From Pristiophorus japonicus (Eukaryota): DNA of 64,000 nt. The stretch spans positions 53,878,001 through 53,942,000 of the forward strand of contig NC_091995.1 of assembly GCF_044704955.1 (NCBI RefSeq), in the 5' to 3' direction. Within the stretch, counting starts at the first letter, position 1. Every line of letters begins with the position of its first letter. Below are positions 27,768 through 39,778 of the stretch, piece after piece. The notes below the pieces were generated by a model. The model was not told the origin of the DNA and did no database searches. It was given only the letters and a program-made list of their open reading frames with translations. Both the position numbers and the translations under genes were made by a program.

Positions 27768-28287
27768 ATATTGCTGCTCCAATTTCCCTGACCTGCCTAA
27801 AGAACTAATAACCTAGAATCATACCCAGCCAGGTCTCAGTGATGGCCTCTGCGTCACATCCTTTAAACTGAATTTACATTTCTAATTCAATAAAAAAAAC
27901 ACGAGCAAACTAGCCAGTGATGAAGGACCAGAGATGAATAACGAGATAAGGGCAAAATTGAAAGCAAAAGGCAGACACCAAGTACATAGACAATAAAGAA
28001 GAGAACGACAATAGGGAATACAAAGAGATTAGGATCAAAGACAAAAAAATAATCAGGAAGGCAAAAAGGATCTACGAAATTAAATTACCAAAGAATAGAA
28101 AAAGATTTGAAAAGTATTCTACTGACGCAGAAATAACAAAAGGTAACACAGGATAGGAACAGGTCCACTACGGGACACATACGATAAACTCACGGCGAAA
28201 TAGCAGAAATATTGAATAATTACTTTGCCTCCGTATTGACCAGGAGCCTAACAGGGTTGACATGACGCTAGAAGATAGAAATATCGA

Positions 28288-28404
28288 AATAGTGCCATGG
28301 GATCTCTTGCGTTCACCTGAGAGAGCAGACAGGGCCTCAGTTTGCCGACTCATCTGAAAGACGGCACCTCTGACAGTGCAGCACACCCTCAGCACTGCAC
28401 TGGG
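28288..28404 (-). mobile_element. Deu-domain SINE fragment
   Basis: Reverse complement of the central domain of the SINE at 44169-44585 (CATCTGAAAGACGGCACCTCTGACAGTGCAGCAC). Confidence 0.75.
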
Positions 28405-28862
28405 GAAACCATCCCGTCCGCCATCTTGGATCTTCCTCCGGCCGCTGGTCCCATCAACTGTGGAGCCCCTGGCGAGCACGTGGTGTGTGCAATGGCTGCG
28501 GCCTCTCTGACCTCTCCTCCTTCCACAAAGTGGACCTCTGGCCATCCCAATGCCTGCCCTCAGTCAGGAGGTAGTACCTCAAATCTCTCACCCCCACTTC
28601 CCACACCTCGGATCTCTCACCATCTCACTGAAGGGTGCTGCTCAGCCCCGAGCTTACAGCTCGCATCCCACTCATAGGCAACTCGGCCTGTACAGGTCTC
28701 CAGTCGTCTTTGACCCCATTGCCACTGGACCAAGACTTTGCTCTGCTAAGCCTGCGTGATAGCCGGTGTGAAACGGCCACCCCACGTTAAAGGAACTCAC
28801 GCACAGGCATCTTCCACCCCTTCAAAGTCTTCCTTGATTTCAAGGGACTGACTATGATGATG
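28405..28862 (+). mobile_element. Second copy of the (GAT)n-tailed retroposon
   Basis: 28700-28862 is homologous to the reverse complement of 26190-26420 and ends ...GGGACTGACTATGATGAT. Confidence 0.6.
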
Positions 28863-28928
28863 GGAGTTAATACTGAGGAAGACTGCGACAAAATACGAGA
28901 AGACATTAATAATCTTGCAAAATGGGCA

Positions 28929-30475
28929 TCATAGAATCATAGAAATTTACAGCACAGAAGGAGGCCATTCGGCCCATTGCATCCATGCCAGCCTATAAAG
29001 AGCTATCCAGCCTAATCCCACTTTCCAGCTCTTGATCCGTAGCCTTGTAGGTTACAGCACTTCAAGTGCACATCCAAATAATTTTTAAATGTGATAAGGG
29101 TTTCTGCCTCTATCACCCTTTCAGGCAGTGAGTTCCAGACCCACAGCAATCTCTGGGTGAAAACATTGCTTTTCAAATCACATCTAAACCTCCTACCAAT
29201 GACTTTAAGTTTACGCCCCCCTGGTTATTGACCCCTCTGCTAAGGGAAATAGGTCCATCCTATCCACTCCACCTAAGCCCCTCATAATTTTATACACCTC
29301 AATAAGGTCTCTCCTCAGCCTCCTCTATTCCAAAGGAAACAACCCCAGCCTATCCAATCTTTCCTCAAAGCTAAAATTTTCCAGTTCAGGCAACATCCTT
29401 GTAAATCTCCTCTGTACCCTCTCTAATGCAATCACCTTTTTCCTGTAATGTGGTGACCAGAACTGCACGCAGTACTCTAGCTGTGGCCTAACTAGTGCTT
29501 TATACAGTTCAAGCATAACCTCCCTGCTCTTATATTCTATGCCTTGGCTAATAAAGGCAAGTATCCCATATGCCTTCTTAACTACCTTATCTACTTGGCC
29601 TGCCACCTTCAGGGATCTGCACACCTGCACTCCTGGTCCCTCTGATCATCTACATTGTGTATTCCCTTGCCTTGTTAGCCCTCCCTAAATGCATTACCAC
29701 ACAGTTCTCCGGATTGAATTCCGTTTGCCACTGTTCTGCCCACCTGACCAGTCTATTGATATAGTCCTGCAATCTACAGCTTTCTTCTTCATTATCAACC
29801 ACACGGACAATATTTGTATCATCTCCAAACTTCTTAATCATACCCTCTACATTGAAGTCTAAATCATTGATACCACAAAAGCAAGAGACCTAATAATGAG
29901 CCCTGTGGAACCCCACTGGAAACAGCCTTCCAGTCACAAAAACACCCATCAACCATTACTCTTTGCTTCCTGCCTCTGAGCCAATTTTGAATCCAACTTG
30001 CCACTTTCCCTTGGATCCCAAGGGCTTTTACTTTTCTGACCAGTCTGATATTTGGGACCTTATCAAAAGCCTTCCTACACTACACTACGTCATATGCACA
30101 ACCCTCATCGACCCTCCTTGTTACCTCCTCAAAATATTCAATCAAGTTAGTCAGGCACGACCTTCCCTTAACAAATCCACGCTGACTGTCCTTGATTAAT
30201 CTGTTTCTTTCTAAATGAAGATTTATCCTACCCCTCAGAATTTTTTGCAATAATTTGCCCACCACTGAGGTTAGGCTGACTGGCCTGTAATTACTTGGTC
30301 TATCCCTTTCTCCCTTTTGAAACAGCGGTACAACATTAGCAGTCCTCCAGTACCACACCTGTTGCCAGAGAGGATTGGAAAATGATAGTCAGAGCCTCTG
30401 CTATTTCCTCCTTTGCTTCTCTTAACAGCCTGGGATACATTTCATCCGGGCCTGGGGATTTATCCACTTTCAAAG
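28929..30475 (-). mobile_element. CR1 LINE, 3' part (RT domain and tail), degenerate
   Basis: ORFs 30080-30358 (NYRPVSLTSVVGK..GRSCLTNL), 29650-29841 and 29325-29630 (LVRPQLEYCVQFWSP); ATTCTATG-type tail at ~28929. Confidence 0.92.
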
Positions 30476-31120
30476 TGTAATTGGAAAGTAATTTTCAACA
30501 TAGAGAAGTGTGGGGTGATGCAATATGGTATGAAAAATAAGGAGGTCACATACTGCTTGGGTAACAAGAGTCAAAATGGGGTAGAGGAGCAAAGGAATTG
30601 TGGGGTACAAATACACAGATCATTAAAGGAGCAATTCAGGTTAACATGGTCATAAAAATGCAAACAAAGCACTGGGGTTCATTTCTAGAAGAATAAAATT
30701 GAAAAGCAGAGTAGATACGTTGGAATTATATAGACCCTTGGTTAGATCACACATAGTACAGTGCAAAGCTCTGATCTTCATATTTGATAGGTGAGACGAA
30801 GAGAAGATGTTTCCAATTGTTGGCAGAATCCAAAACTAGTGGCTTTAAATATGAGATAGTCACGAATAAATCCAATAATCAATTTTTAAAAACTTATTTT
30901 CTCAGAATGGTGAGAATGTAGAAATCGCTACTACAGGGAGCGGTTGAAACGAATATCATAGATGGATTGAAGGGGAATCTAGATAAGTACAGCAGGGAGA
31001 ATGGAATAGCAGCTTGTGCTGATAGGGTTAGATGAAGTTGGGTAGGAGCATAAATGCTGGCACAAACCTATTGGGCTGAATGGCCTGTTTATGTGCTGTA
31101 AATCGCATGTAATTCTATAT
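30476..31120 (+). mobile_element. Older CR1 LINE 3' fragment
   Basis: FNIEKCGVM motif, degenerate C-terminal region and 3' UTR (GGGCTGAATGGCCTGTTT). Confidence 0.75.
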
Positions 31121-31125
31121 AATTA

Positions 31126-33121
31126 CCCTCTCTCACTCTCCCCTCAGGGCCCTACACTCCCAGTACTGGACATTCCCCACACTCACTCTGTCCCTCAGTT
31201 CTACATTCCCCTCTCTCACTCTCCCCTCAGGGCCCTGCACTCCCAGTACTGGACATTCCCCACACTCACTCTGTCCCTCAGTTCTACATTCCCCTCTCTC
31301 TCACTCTCCCCTCAGGGCCCTAACTCCCAGTACTGGACATTCCCCACACTGTGTCCCTCAGTTCTACATTCCCCTCTCTCACTCTCCCCTCAGTGCCCTA
31401 CACTCCCAGTACTGGACATTCCCCACACTCACTCTGTCCCTCAGTTCTACATTCCCCTCTCTCACTCTCTCCTCAGTGCCCTACACTCCCAGTACTGGAC
31501 ATTCCCCACACTCACTCTGTCCCTCAGTTCTACATTCCCCTCTCTCTCACTCTCCCCTCAGTGCCCTACACTCCCAGTATTGGACATTCCCCACACTCAC
31601 TCTGTCCCTCAGTTCTACATTCCCCTCTCTCTCACTCTCCCCTCAGGGCCCTGCACTCCCAGTACTGGACATTCCCCACACTGTGTCCCTCAGTTCTACA
31701 TTCCCCTCTCTCACTCTCCCCTCAGTGCCCTACACTCCCAGTACTGGACATTCCCCACACTGTGTCCCTCAGTTCTACATTCCCCTCTCTCTCACTCTCC
31801 CCTCAGTGCCCTACACTCCCAGTACTGGACATTCCCCACACTGTGTCCCTCAGTTCTACATTCCCCTCTCTCACTCTCCCCTCAGGGCCCTACACTCCCA
31901 GTACTGGACATTCCCCACACTCACTCTGTCCCTCAGTTCTACATTCCCCTCTCTCACTCTCCCCTCAGGGCCCTACACTCCCAGTACTGGACATTCCCCA
32001 CACTCACTCTGTCCCTCAGTTCTACATTCCCCTCTCTCACTCTCCCCTCAGGGCCCTGCACTCCCAGTACTGGACATTCCCCACACTCACTCTGTCCCTC
32101 AGTTCTACATTCCCCTCTCTCACTCTCCCCTCAGTGCCCTACACTCCCAGTACTAGGCATTCCCCACACTGTGTCCCTCAGTTCTACATTCCCCTCTCTA
32201 ACTCTCCCCTCAGTGCCCTACACTCCCAGTACTGGACATTCCCCACACTGTGTCCCTCAGTTCTACATTCCCCTCTCTCACTCTCCCCTCAGTGCCCTAC
32301 ACTCCCAGTACTGGACACTCCCTACATTCACTCTGTCCCTCAGTTCTACATTCCCCTCTCTCACTCGCCCCTCAGTGCCCTACACTCCCAGTACTGGACA
32401 TTCCCCACATTGTGTCCCTCAGTTCTACATTCCCCTCTCTCACTCTCCCCTCAGTGCCCTACACTCCCAGTACTGGACATTCCCCACACTCACTCTGTCC
32501 CTCAGTTCTACATTTCCCTCTCTCACTCTCCCCTCAGTGCCCTACACTCCCAGTACTGGACATTCCCCACACTGTGTCCCTCAGTTCTACATTCCCCTCT
32601 CTCATTCTCCCCTCAGTGCCCTACACTCCCAGTACTGGACACTCCCTACATTCACTCTGTCCCTCAGTTCTACATTCCCCTCTCTCACTCGCCCCTCAGT
32701 GCCCTACACTCCCAGTACTGGACATTCCCCACACTCACTCTGTCCCTCAGTTCTACATTACCCTCTCTCACTCTCCCCTCAGTGCCCTACACTCCCAATA
32801 CTAGACATTCCCCACATTCACTCTGTCCCTCAGTTCTACATTCCCCTCTCTCACTCTCCCCTCAGTGCCCTACACTCCCAGTACTGGACACTCCCTACAT
32901 TCACTCTGTCCCTCAGTTCTACATTCCCCTCTCTCACTCTCCCCTCAGTGCCCTACACTCCCAGTACTGGACATTCCCCACACTCACTCTGTCCCTCAGT
33001 TCTACATTCCCCTCTCTCACTCTCCCCTCAGTGCCCTACACTCCCAGTACTGGACATTCCCCACACTGTGTCCCTCAGTTCTACATTCCCCTCTCTCACT
33101 CTCCCCTCAGTTCTACATTCC
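31126..33121. repeat. ~83-bp minisatellite (79/83/85-bp variants, ~24 copies)
   Basis: Unit CCCCTCTCTCACTCTCCCCTCAGTGCCCTACACTCCCAGTACTGGACATTCCCCACACTCACTCTGTCCCTCAGTTCTACATT in tandem; C/T-rich on +. Confidence 0.97.
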
Positions 33122-33139
33122 TCTGTCTCTGATTCTTAC

Positions 33140-33253
33140 CTCTCCGTTGTTTTATCCAGATGACTATTCCGATAATCCCGAATGTAGCCAGTGCAACGAT
33201 TAATCCAATGATAATATTAAGATGGGAGCGTACACCAGTGTTTTCCGGTATTT
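33140..33253 (-). CDS. MHC class I-like exon 5, connecting peptide + transmembrane (EIPENTGVRSHLNIIIGLIVALATFGIIGIVIWIKQRR)
   Basis: Acceptor TGTTTCAG, donor G|GTAAGA, phase 1; ~21-residue hydrophobic stretch followed by basic KQRR. Confidence 0.87.
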
Positions 33254-33324
33254 CTGAAACACAGTTGAATAATATCAGGATAGTCTGCCTGTTGCCGGAT
33301 CCATTCCCAGTTCTGTGTTGATGA

Positions 33325-33512
33325 GAGGACAATTTTCACTTCACCTACCCGTCGGTTATCTGACGGGATCGGGTCCATCACTGGTTTTACTGCCGCCTGA
33401 TTTTACTCTCCACTGAAGATAATAAAGTGTCACTTTGATGGTGGTATGAAACCAGGACTGCCCCGATCCCATGGGTTACCTGCCCGGCGAGTTCGCTTCT
33501 AATTACCCCCAA
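33325..33512. mobile_element. Small imperfect palindromic element (MITE-like)
   Basis: Arms GGGATCGGG / CCCGATCCC and CTGGTTTTAC / GTATGAAACCAG are symmetric around a central AT-rich core. Confidence 0.45.
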
Positions 33513-33521
33513 TGTCTCTGT

Positions 33522-34900
33522 CCTAGAATCATAGCCTTCGGCCCATCGTATCCGTGTCGGGTGAAAAAGAGCTACCCAGCCTCATCCCACTTTCCAGCTC
33601 TTGGTCCGTAGCCCTGTCGGTTACGGAACTTCAAGTGCACGTCCAAGCACTTTCTAAATGTGATGAGAGTTTCTGCCTCTACCACCCTTTCAGGCAGTGA
33701 GTTCCAGACTCCCACCACCCTCTGGGTGAAAATTGTTTCCTCATTCCCCTCTAATCCTTCTACCAACTACTTTAAATCTATGCCCCCTGATTATTGACCC
33801 CCTCTGCTTAGGGAAATAGGTCATTCCTATCCACTCTATCTGGGCCCTTCATAATTTTATACACCTCAATAAGATCTCCCCTCAGCATCCTCTGTTCCAA
33901 AGAAAACAAACCCAGCCGACCCAATCTTTCCTCATAGCTAAAATTTTCCAGTCCTGGCAACATCCTCGTAAATCTCCTCTGTACCCGTTCTAGTGCAATC
34001 ACATCTTTCCTGTAATGTGGAGACCAGAACTGCACACAGTACTCCAGCTGTGGTCTAACTAGTGCTGTATACAGTTCTAGCATAACCTCCCTGCTCTTAT
34101 ACTCTATGCCTCTGTTCCTCCCATTTATTATAAATTCCGTTGCCGCCTTGCACCTTCCCAAATGCATTACCTCACACTTCTCCAGATTGAATTCCATTTT
34201 CCACTTTTCTGCCCAACTGACCAGTCCATCACACGGCCAATTTTTGTATTATCTGCAAACCCCTTTTATTATGCCCCTACATTTAAGTCGAAATCATTCA
34301 TATATAGTACAAAAAGCAAGAACCCAGCACTGAGCCCTGCGGAACCCCACTGGTAACAGCCTTCCAATTGTAAAAACACCCGTCAATCATTACCCTTTGC
34401 TTCCTGCCTCTGAGCCAATTTTGGATCCAACTTGCCACTCTCCCTTGGATCCCATGGGCTTTTAGTTTTTTGATCAGCCTGCCATGTGGGACCTTGTCAA
34501 AAACTTTGCTAAAATCCATGTAGACTACATCAAATGCACTGCTCTCATCGACACTCCTTGTTACCTCCTCAAAAAATCCAATCCAGTTAGTCAGACATGA
34601 CCTTCCCTGAACAAATTCATGCTGACTGTCCTTGATTAATCTGTGTCTTTCTAAATGATGGTTTATAGTGTCCCCCAGAATTGATTCCAATAATTTGCCC
34701 ACCAGCGAGGTTAAACAAATTGGCCTGTAATTACTCGGTCTAAACCTTCCTCCTTTTTAAACAATGGTACAAAGTTCGCAGTTCTCCAATCCTCTGGCAT
34801 CACTCCTGTAGCCAGCAAGGATTGGAAAATGATGGTCAGAGCCTCTGCAATTTCCTTCCTTGCTTCTTTTAATAGCCTAGGACATATTTCATCTGGTCTT
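33522..34900 (-). mobile_element. CR1 LINE 3' part with internal deletions
   Basis: ORFs 34298-34702 (RT: [25 protein letters not shown]), 33808-34197 and 33572-33766. Confidence 0.92.
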
Positions 34901-34949
34901 GGCCTTATTCCATCCCCAGGGTCACCAAGTAGTCAGCATCACTGATGGT

Positions 34950-37900
34950 TTTCACATCAAACTTCAAAGTAATGAAGAATAAATTGACTGCAGTAAACTG
35001 GGCTGAGCTGGTGATGAGTAAAACTACAGATAAATAGTGGGAACAGTTTAAAGGAAGTACTGGGTACAATACAACACCAGGACTTACCTGTACAATGCTA
35101 AGACTCCACTTCTGTAGTTAGGCAACCATGGTCAACAAATGAAAGAAGTGAGAGTATCAAGCTAAAGGGAAAGGCTGACACAAATGGTCAGAGATTGAGT
35201 TACAGAGCAGTTAGACAAGTATCAGCTCATCAGAGAGAGTCAGAATGGATTTTGAAGGGTAGGTCCTGTCTGACTAATCTCATTGAATTTTATGAGGAGG
35301 TCACTAACATGGTGGATAAGGGAGTGTCTATGGATGTTGTCTATATGGTATTCCAGAAGACATTTGACAAGGTTCTGCACAAGAGATTTTTAGCAAAAAG
35401 AACAGCGTACAGAATTGGAGCTAATCTTGTGACAGGGGTTGAAAGTTGGTTGGGAGGAAGGAGACAGAGAAGAGGGATAAAGGGAATCTGCTCTGATTGG
35501 CAGGATGTGACGAGTGGTGTTCCCCAGGGATCTGGACTGAGGTCCCAGCTTTTCACCATACATATTAATGACTTAATGAAGGAATAGAGAGTTGTATATC
35601 CAAGCTTGCAGATGGCACTAAGTTAGGAGACACAATAAAGGGACATTGACAGATTAAATGAGTGAACTCCATCTGCCATAGCTTTGCCCAATGTGGTGAA
35701 GTATGAGATCATCCATGTTAGATTGGAGGAAGACAAACTGGAATATTGTCTTCATGGTGAGAGACTTGGAACTGTAAAGGAGCAAAGAGATGTGGTGTCC
35801 ATGTGCACAAATCACTAAAAGCTCGTGTACTGGTTTAAAAAAGCAATCCAAAAGGCTAATGGAATGTTGGCCTTTACATAGAAACATAGAAAATAGGTGC
35901 AGGAGTAGGCCATTCGGCCCTTCGAACCTGCACCACCATTCAATAAGATCATGGCTGATCATTCCCTCAGTACCCCTTTCCTGCTTTCTCTCCATACCCC
36001 TTGATCCCTTTAGCCGTAAGGGCCATATCTAACTCCCTCTTGAATATATCCAATGAACTGGCATCAACAACTCTCTGCGGCAGGGAATTCCACAGGTTAA
36101 CAACTTTCTGAGTGAAGAAGTTTCTCCTCATCTCAGTCCTAAATGGCCTACCCCGGATCCTAAGACTATGTCCCCTGGTTCTGGACTGCCCCAACATCGG
36201 GAACATTCTTCCCGCAGCTAACCTGTCCAGTCCCGTCAGAATCTTATACGTTTCTATGAGATCCCCTCTCATCCTTCTAAACTCCAGTGAATACAGGCCC
36301 AGTTGATCCAGTTTCTCCTCATATGTCAGTCCAGCCATCCCTGGAATCAATCTGGTGAACCTTCATTGCACTCCCTCAATAGCAAGAACATCCTTCCTCA
36401 GATTAGGAGACCAAAACTGAACACAATATTCCAGGTGAGGCCTCACTAAGGCCCTGTACAACTGCAGTAAGACCTCCCTGCTCCTATACTCAAATCCCTT
36501 AGCTATGAAGGCCAACATACAATTTGCCTTCTTTACCGCCTGCTGTACCTGCATGCCAACCTTCAATGACTGATGAACCATGACACCCTGGTCTCGTTGC
36601 ACCTCCCCTTTTCCGAATGTGCCGCCATTCAGATAATATTCTGCCTTCGTGCTTTTTGCCCCCAAAATGGATAACCTCACATTTATCCACATTATACTGC
36701 ATCTGCCATACATTTACCCACTCACCTAACCTGTCCAAGTCACCCTGCAGCCTCTTAGCGCCTCTTCACAGCTCACACCGCCACCCAGCTTAGTGTCATC
36801 TGCAAACTTGGAGATATTACACTCAATTCCTTCATCTAAATCGTTAATGTATATTGTAAAGAGCTGGGGTCCCAGCACTGAGCCCTGCGGCACTCCACTA
36901 GTCACTGCCTGCCATTCTGAAAAGGACCCGTTTATCCCAACTTTCTGCTTCCTGTCTGCCAACCAGTTCTCTATCCGTCGGTACATTACCCCCAATACCA
37001 TGCGCTTTGATTTTGCAGGACCTTTTGCGGGACCTTGTCAAAAGCCTTTTGAAAGTCCAAATACACCACATCCACTGGTTCTCCCTTGTCCACTCTACTA
37101 GTTACATCCTCAAAAAATTCCAGAAGATTCGTCAAGCGTGATTTCCCTTTCATAAATCCATGCTGACTTGGACCGATCCTGTCACTGCTTTACAAATGGG
37201 CTGCTATTTCATCTTTAATAATTGATTCCAACATTTTCCCCACTACTGATGTCAGGCTAATCGGTCTATAATTACCCGTTTTCTCTCTCCCTCCTTTTTT
37301 AAAAAGTGGTGTTACATTAGCTACCCTCCAGTCCATGGGAACGGATCCAGAGTCGATAGACTGTTGGAAAATGATCACCAATGCATCCACTATTTCTAGG
37401 GCCACTTCCTTAAGTACTCTGGGATGCAGACTATCAGGCCCCGGGGATTTATTGGCCTTCAATCCCATCAATTTCCCTTACACAATTTCCTGCCTAATAA
37501 GGATATCCTTCCGTTCCTCCTTCTCACTAGACCCACTATCCCCTAGTACATTCGGAAGGTTATTTTAGTCTTCCTTCGTGAAGACAGAACCGAAGTATTT
37601 GTTCAACTGGTCTGCCATTTCTTTATTCCCCATTATAAATTCACCTGAATCCAACTGCAAGGGACCTACGTTTGTCTTCACTAATCTTTTTCTCTTCACA
37701 TATTTAGAGAAGCTTTTGCAGTCAGTTTTTATGTTCCCTGCAAGCTTCCTCTCGTACTCTATTTTCCCCCTCTTAATTAAACCCTTTGTCCTCCTCTGTT
37801 GAATTCTAAATTTCTCCCAGTCCTCAGGTTTGTTGCTTTTTTAGCCAATTTATATGCCTCTTCCTTGGTTTTAACACCATCCTTAATTTCTCTTGTTAGC

Positions 37901-39057
37901 CACGGTTGAGCCACCTTCCCCGGTTTATTTTTACTCCAGACAGGGATGTACAATTGCTGAAGTTCATCCATGTGATCTTTAAATGTTTGCCATTGCTTAT
38001 CCACCGTCAACCCTTTAAGTGTCCTTTCCTTTGCCAGTCTATTCTAGCCAATTCACGCCTCATACTGTCGAAGTTACCTTTCCTTAATTTCAGGACCCTA
38101 GTTTCCGAATTAACTGTGTCACTTTCCATCTTAATAAAGAATTCCACCATATTATGGTCACTCTTCCCCAAGGGGCCTCGCACAACAAGATTGCTAATTA
38201 GTCCCTTCTCATTACACATCACCCAGTCTAGGATGGCCAGCTGTCTAGTTGGTTCCTCGACATATTGGTCTAGAAAATCATCCCTTATACACTCCAGGAA
38301 ATCCTCCTCCACCGCATTGCTGCTAGTTTGGTTAGCCCAATCTATATGTCGATTAAAGTCGCCCATAATAACTGCTCTACCTTTATTGCACACATCCCTT
38401 ATTTCTTGTTTGATGCTGTCCCCAACCTCACTACTTCTGTTTGGTGGTCTGTACACAACTCCCACTCGCGTTTTCTGCCCTTTGGTATACCTCGAGGGGG
38501 CTAGAATACAAAGTGAGGAAATTATGCTTCAGTTGTACAGAGCCTTGGTCAGACTCCATCTGGTGTACGACATTCTGTTCTGGGCACCAAACCTCACGCA
38601 CGATATATTGGTCTTGGAGGGGTACACTGCAGGTTCACCAGAATGAAATCAGCTCAGAGGGTTAAATTATGAGGACACATTTAGCTTGTATTCCCTTGAG
38701 AGTGGAAGGGTGATCTAATCGAGAGGTTTAAATTACTAAATGGATTCGACAGAGTAGATACAGAGAAACTATTTTCTCTGGAGGTTAAGGTGGAACAAGA
38801 GAGCATTTAGGGTGAAATCAGAAAGCACTTTTTCACACAAAGGGTAGTAGCAATCTGGAACTCTCTCCTCCAAAAGGCGATGGATGCTGGCGGTTCAATT
38901 GAAGTTTTCAAGACTGATATCAAGAGATGTTTGTTGGGTAAGGGTATCAAGGGATATAGAGCAATGGCAGGTAAATGGAGTTAAGGTACAGATCAGCTAT
39001 GATCTCACTCAATGGTGGAACAGACTCAATGTCCTACTTCTGTTCCGATGTTCCATA
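34950..39057 (+). mobile_element. Older CR1 LINE (34950-35876 and 38489-39057) interrupted by a nested CR1
   Basis: ORF 35195-35587 has RT motifs. The sequence GGAATGTTGGCCTTTA... resumes as CTCGAGGGGGCTAGAATACAAA after the nested copy. Confidence 0.8.
35877..38488 (-). mobile_element. Younger 5'-truncated CR1 LINE (EN C-terminal half, RT, tail), frameshifted
   Basis: ORFs 38007-38465 (GVVYRPP, MGDFN, SDHN), 37190-37471, 36726-37001 (KFADDTKL), 36363-36713 and 35967-36350; (TTTCTATG)n tail at 35877. Confidence 0.95.
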
Positions 39058-39060
39058 CCT

Positions 39061-39061
39061 G

Positions 39062-39099
<38 letters not shown>
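39061..39099. repeat. Compound microsatellite: short GC run then (CA)16, in intron 4 next to the alpha3 donor
   Basis: Directly visible. Confidence 0.97.
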
Positions 39100-39100
<1 letters not shown>

Positions 39101-39117
39101 CCAGTGCAGTTCCTTAC

Positions 39118-39396
39118 CCCACTGATAGACCTTTGCCTCTGCCAGGCTGCTGTGTTCAATTTGACAGGAGTATTGATCCTCATCCCCAGCATGTACTTCA
39201 ATCTCTTTCTTGATCTGATGGGTCCCATCATGGTTTGGTCGAACCCCTGAGGAGTGGCTCTCAGACACTGGCTCTCCAATCCTGAGCCAGATCACCTTGA
39301 TGTCAATTGGGTAAAATCCAGTAACCAGGCAGGAGAGTGTGGGCAGTTTGTCCTGACGATTGGGGTCACTTCTGGAGATGAACACTTCAGGCTGAA
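39118..39396 (-). CDS. MHC class I-like exon 4, alpha3 Ig C1 domain
   Basis: LSCLVTGFYP, WLR, RPNHDGTHQ and YSCQIEHSSL motifs; 279 bp; AG and G|GTAAGG boundaries; 106-bp intron to exon 3. Confidence 0.96.
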
Positions 39397-39502
39397 CTGA
39401 AAGGGGAAAGGGAGAAAACACAGACACCGAATGGAATGGGATAATAGTTTCCTAGATCTGTGAAGTTAGATCAGAACGTGGGATAAAAACTGAAATAAAT
39501 AC

Positions 39503-39778
39503 CTTTCCTTGCAAAGTATTCCTTTCCAGCTCGCAAATATAAATGTAAAGACTGAACAAATCCTTCTTCCAGATGTGTTTTCCAATACTTGTTCCAGGAT
39601 TCATCAGAATTCCATTTCTCCTTAGTCTTCACTGCATTATGATTGGTTGCGATCCATTTCATTCTGTCTGGTTCTAAACTAAGATAGTCCTTTCCATTAT
39701 ATCCAACATTCATCGATTTCTTAATGGAGCCGTCTTCTGTTATTTCAACAGTTGAAATCCATTGAAAAATGTGAATTC
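39503..39778 (-). CDS. MHC class I-like exon 3, alpha2 domain (GIHIFQW...GYNGKDYLSL...TKEKW...YLRAGKEYFARK)
   Basis: Canonical 276-bp size with AG/GT boundaries. H93/Q96, G120-K-D122-Y123, T143-K-x-K146-W147 and Y171 are recognisable. Confidence 0.94.

Larger units (their letters stand above)
25721..27880 (-). mobile_element. Degenerate CR1 LINE endonuclease region, split by two younger insertions
   Basis: ORF 25912-26181 (FLECIRDSFLEQY...ILDLVMSNE...SDHNMIEF) and the segment LWVELRNRKGCKTLVGVFY (~26900-26970) are AP-endonuclease motifs of CR1 ORF2. Confidence 0.8.

Noticed and set aside
31670-33075. CACAGTG heptamers in short minisatellite variants as V(D)J recombination signals
   Set aside because: No ACAAAAACC-like nonamer at 12 or 23 bp, and no V/D/J segments nearby.
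31091-33203. Pro/Ser/His-rich plus-strand ORFs (690 and 593 aa)
   Set aside because: Translations of the ~83-bp minisatellite in several frames, antisense to the class I gene.
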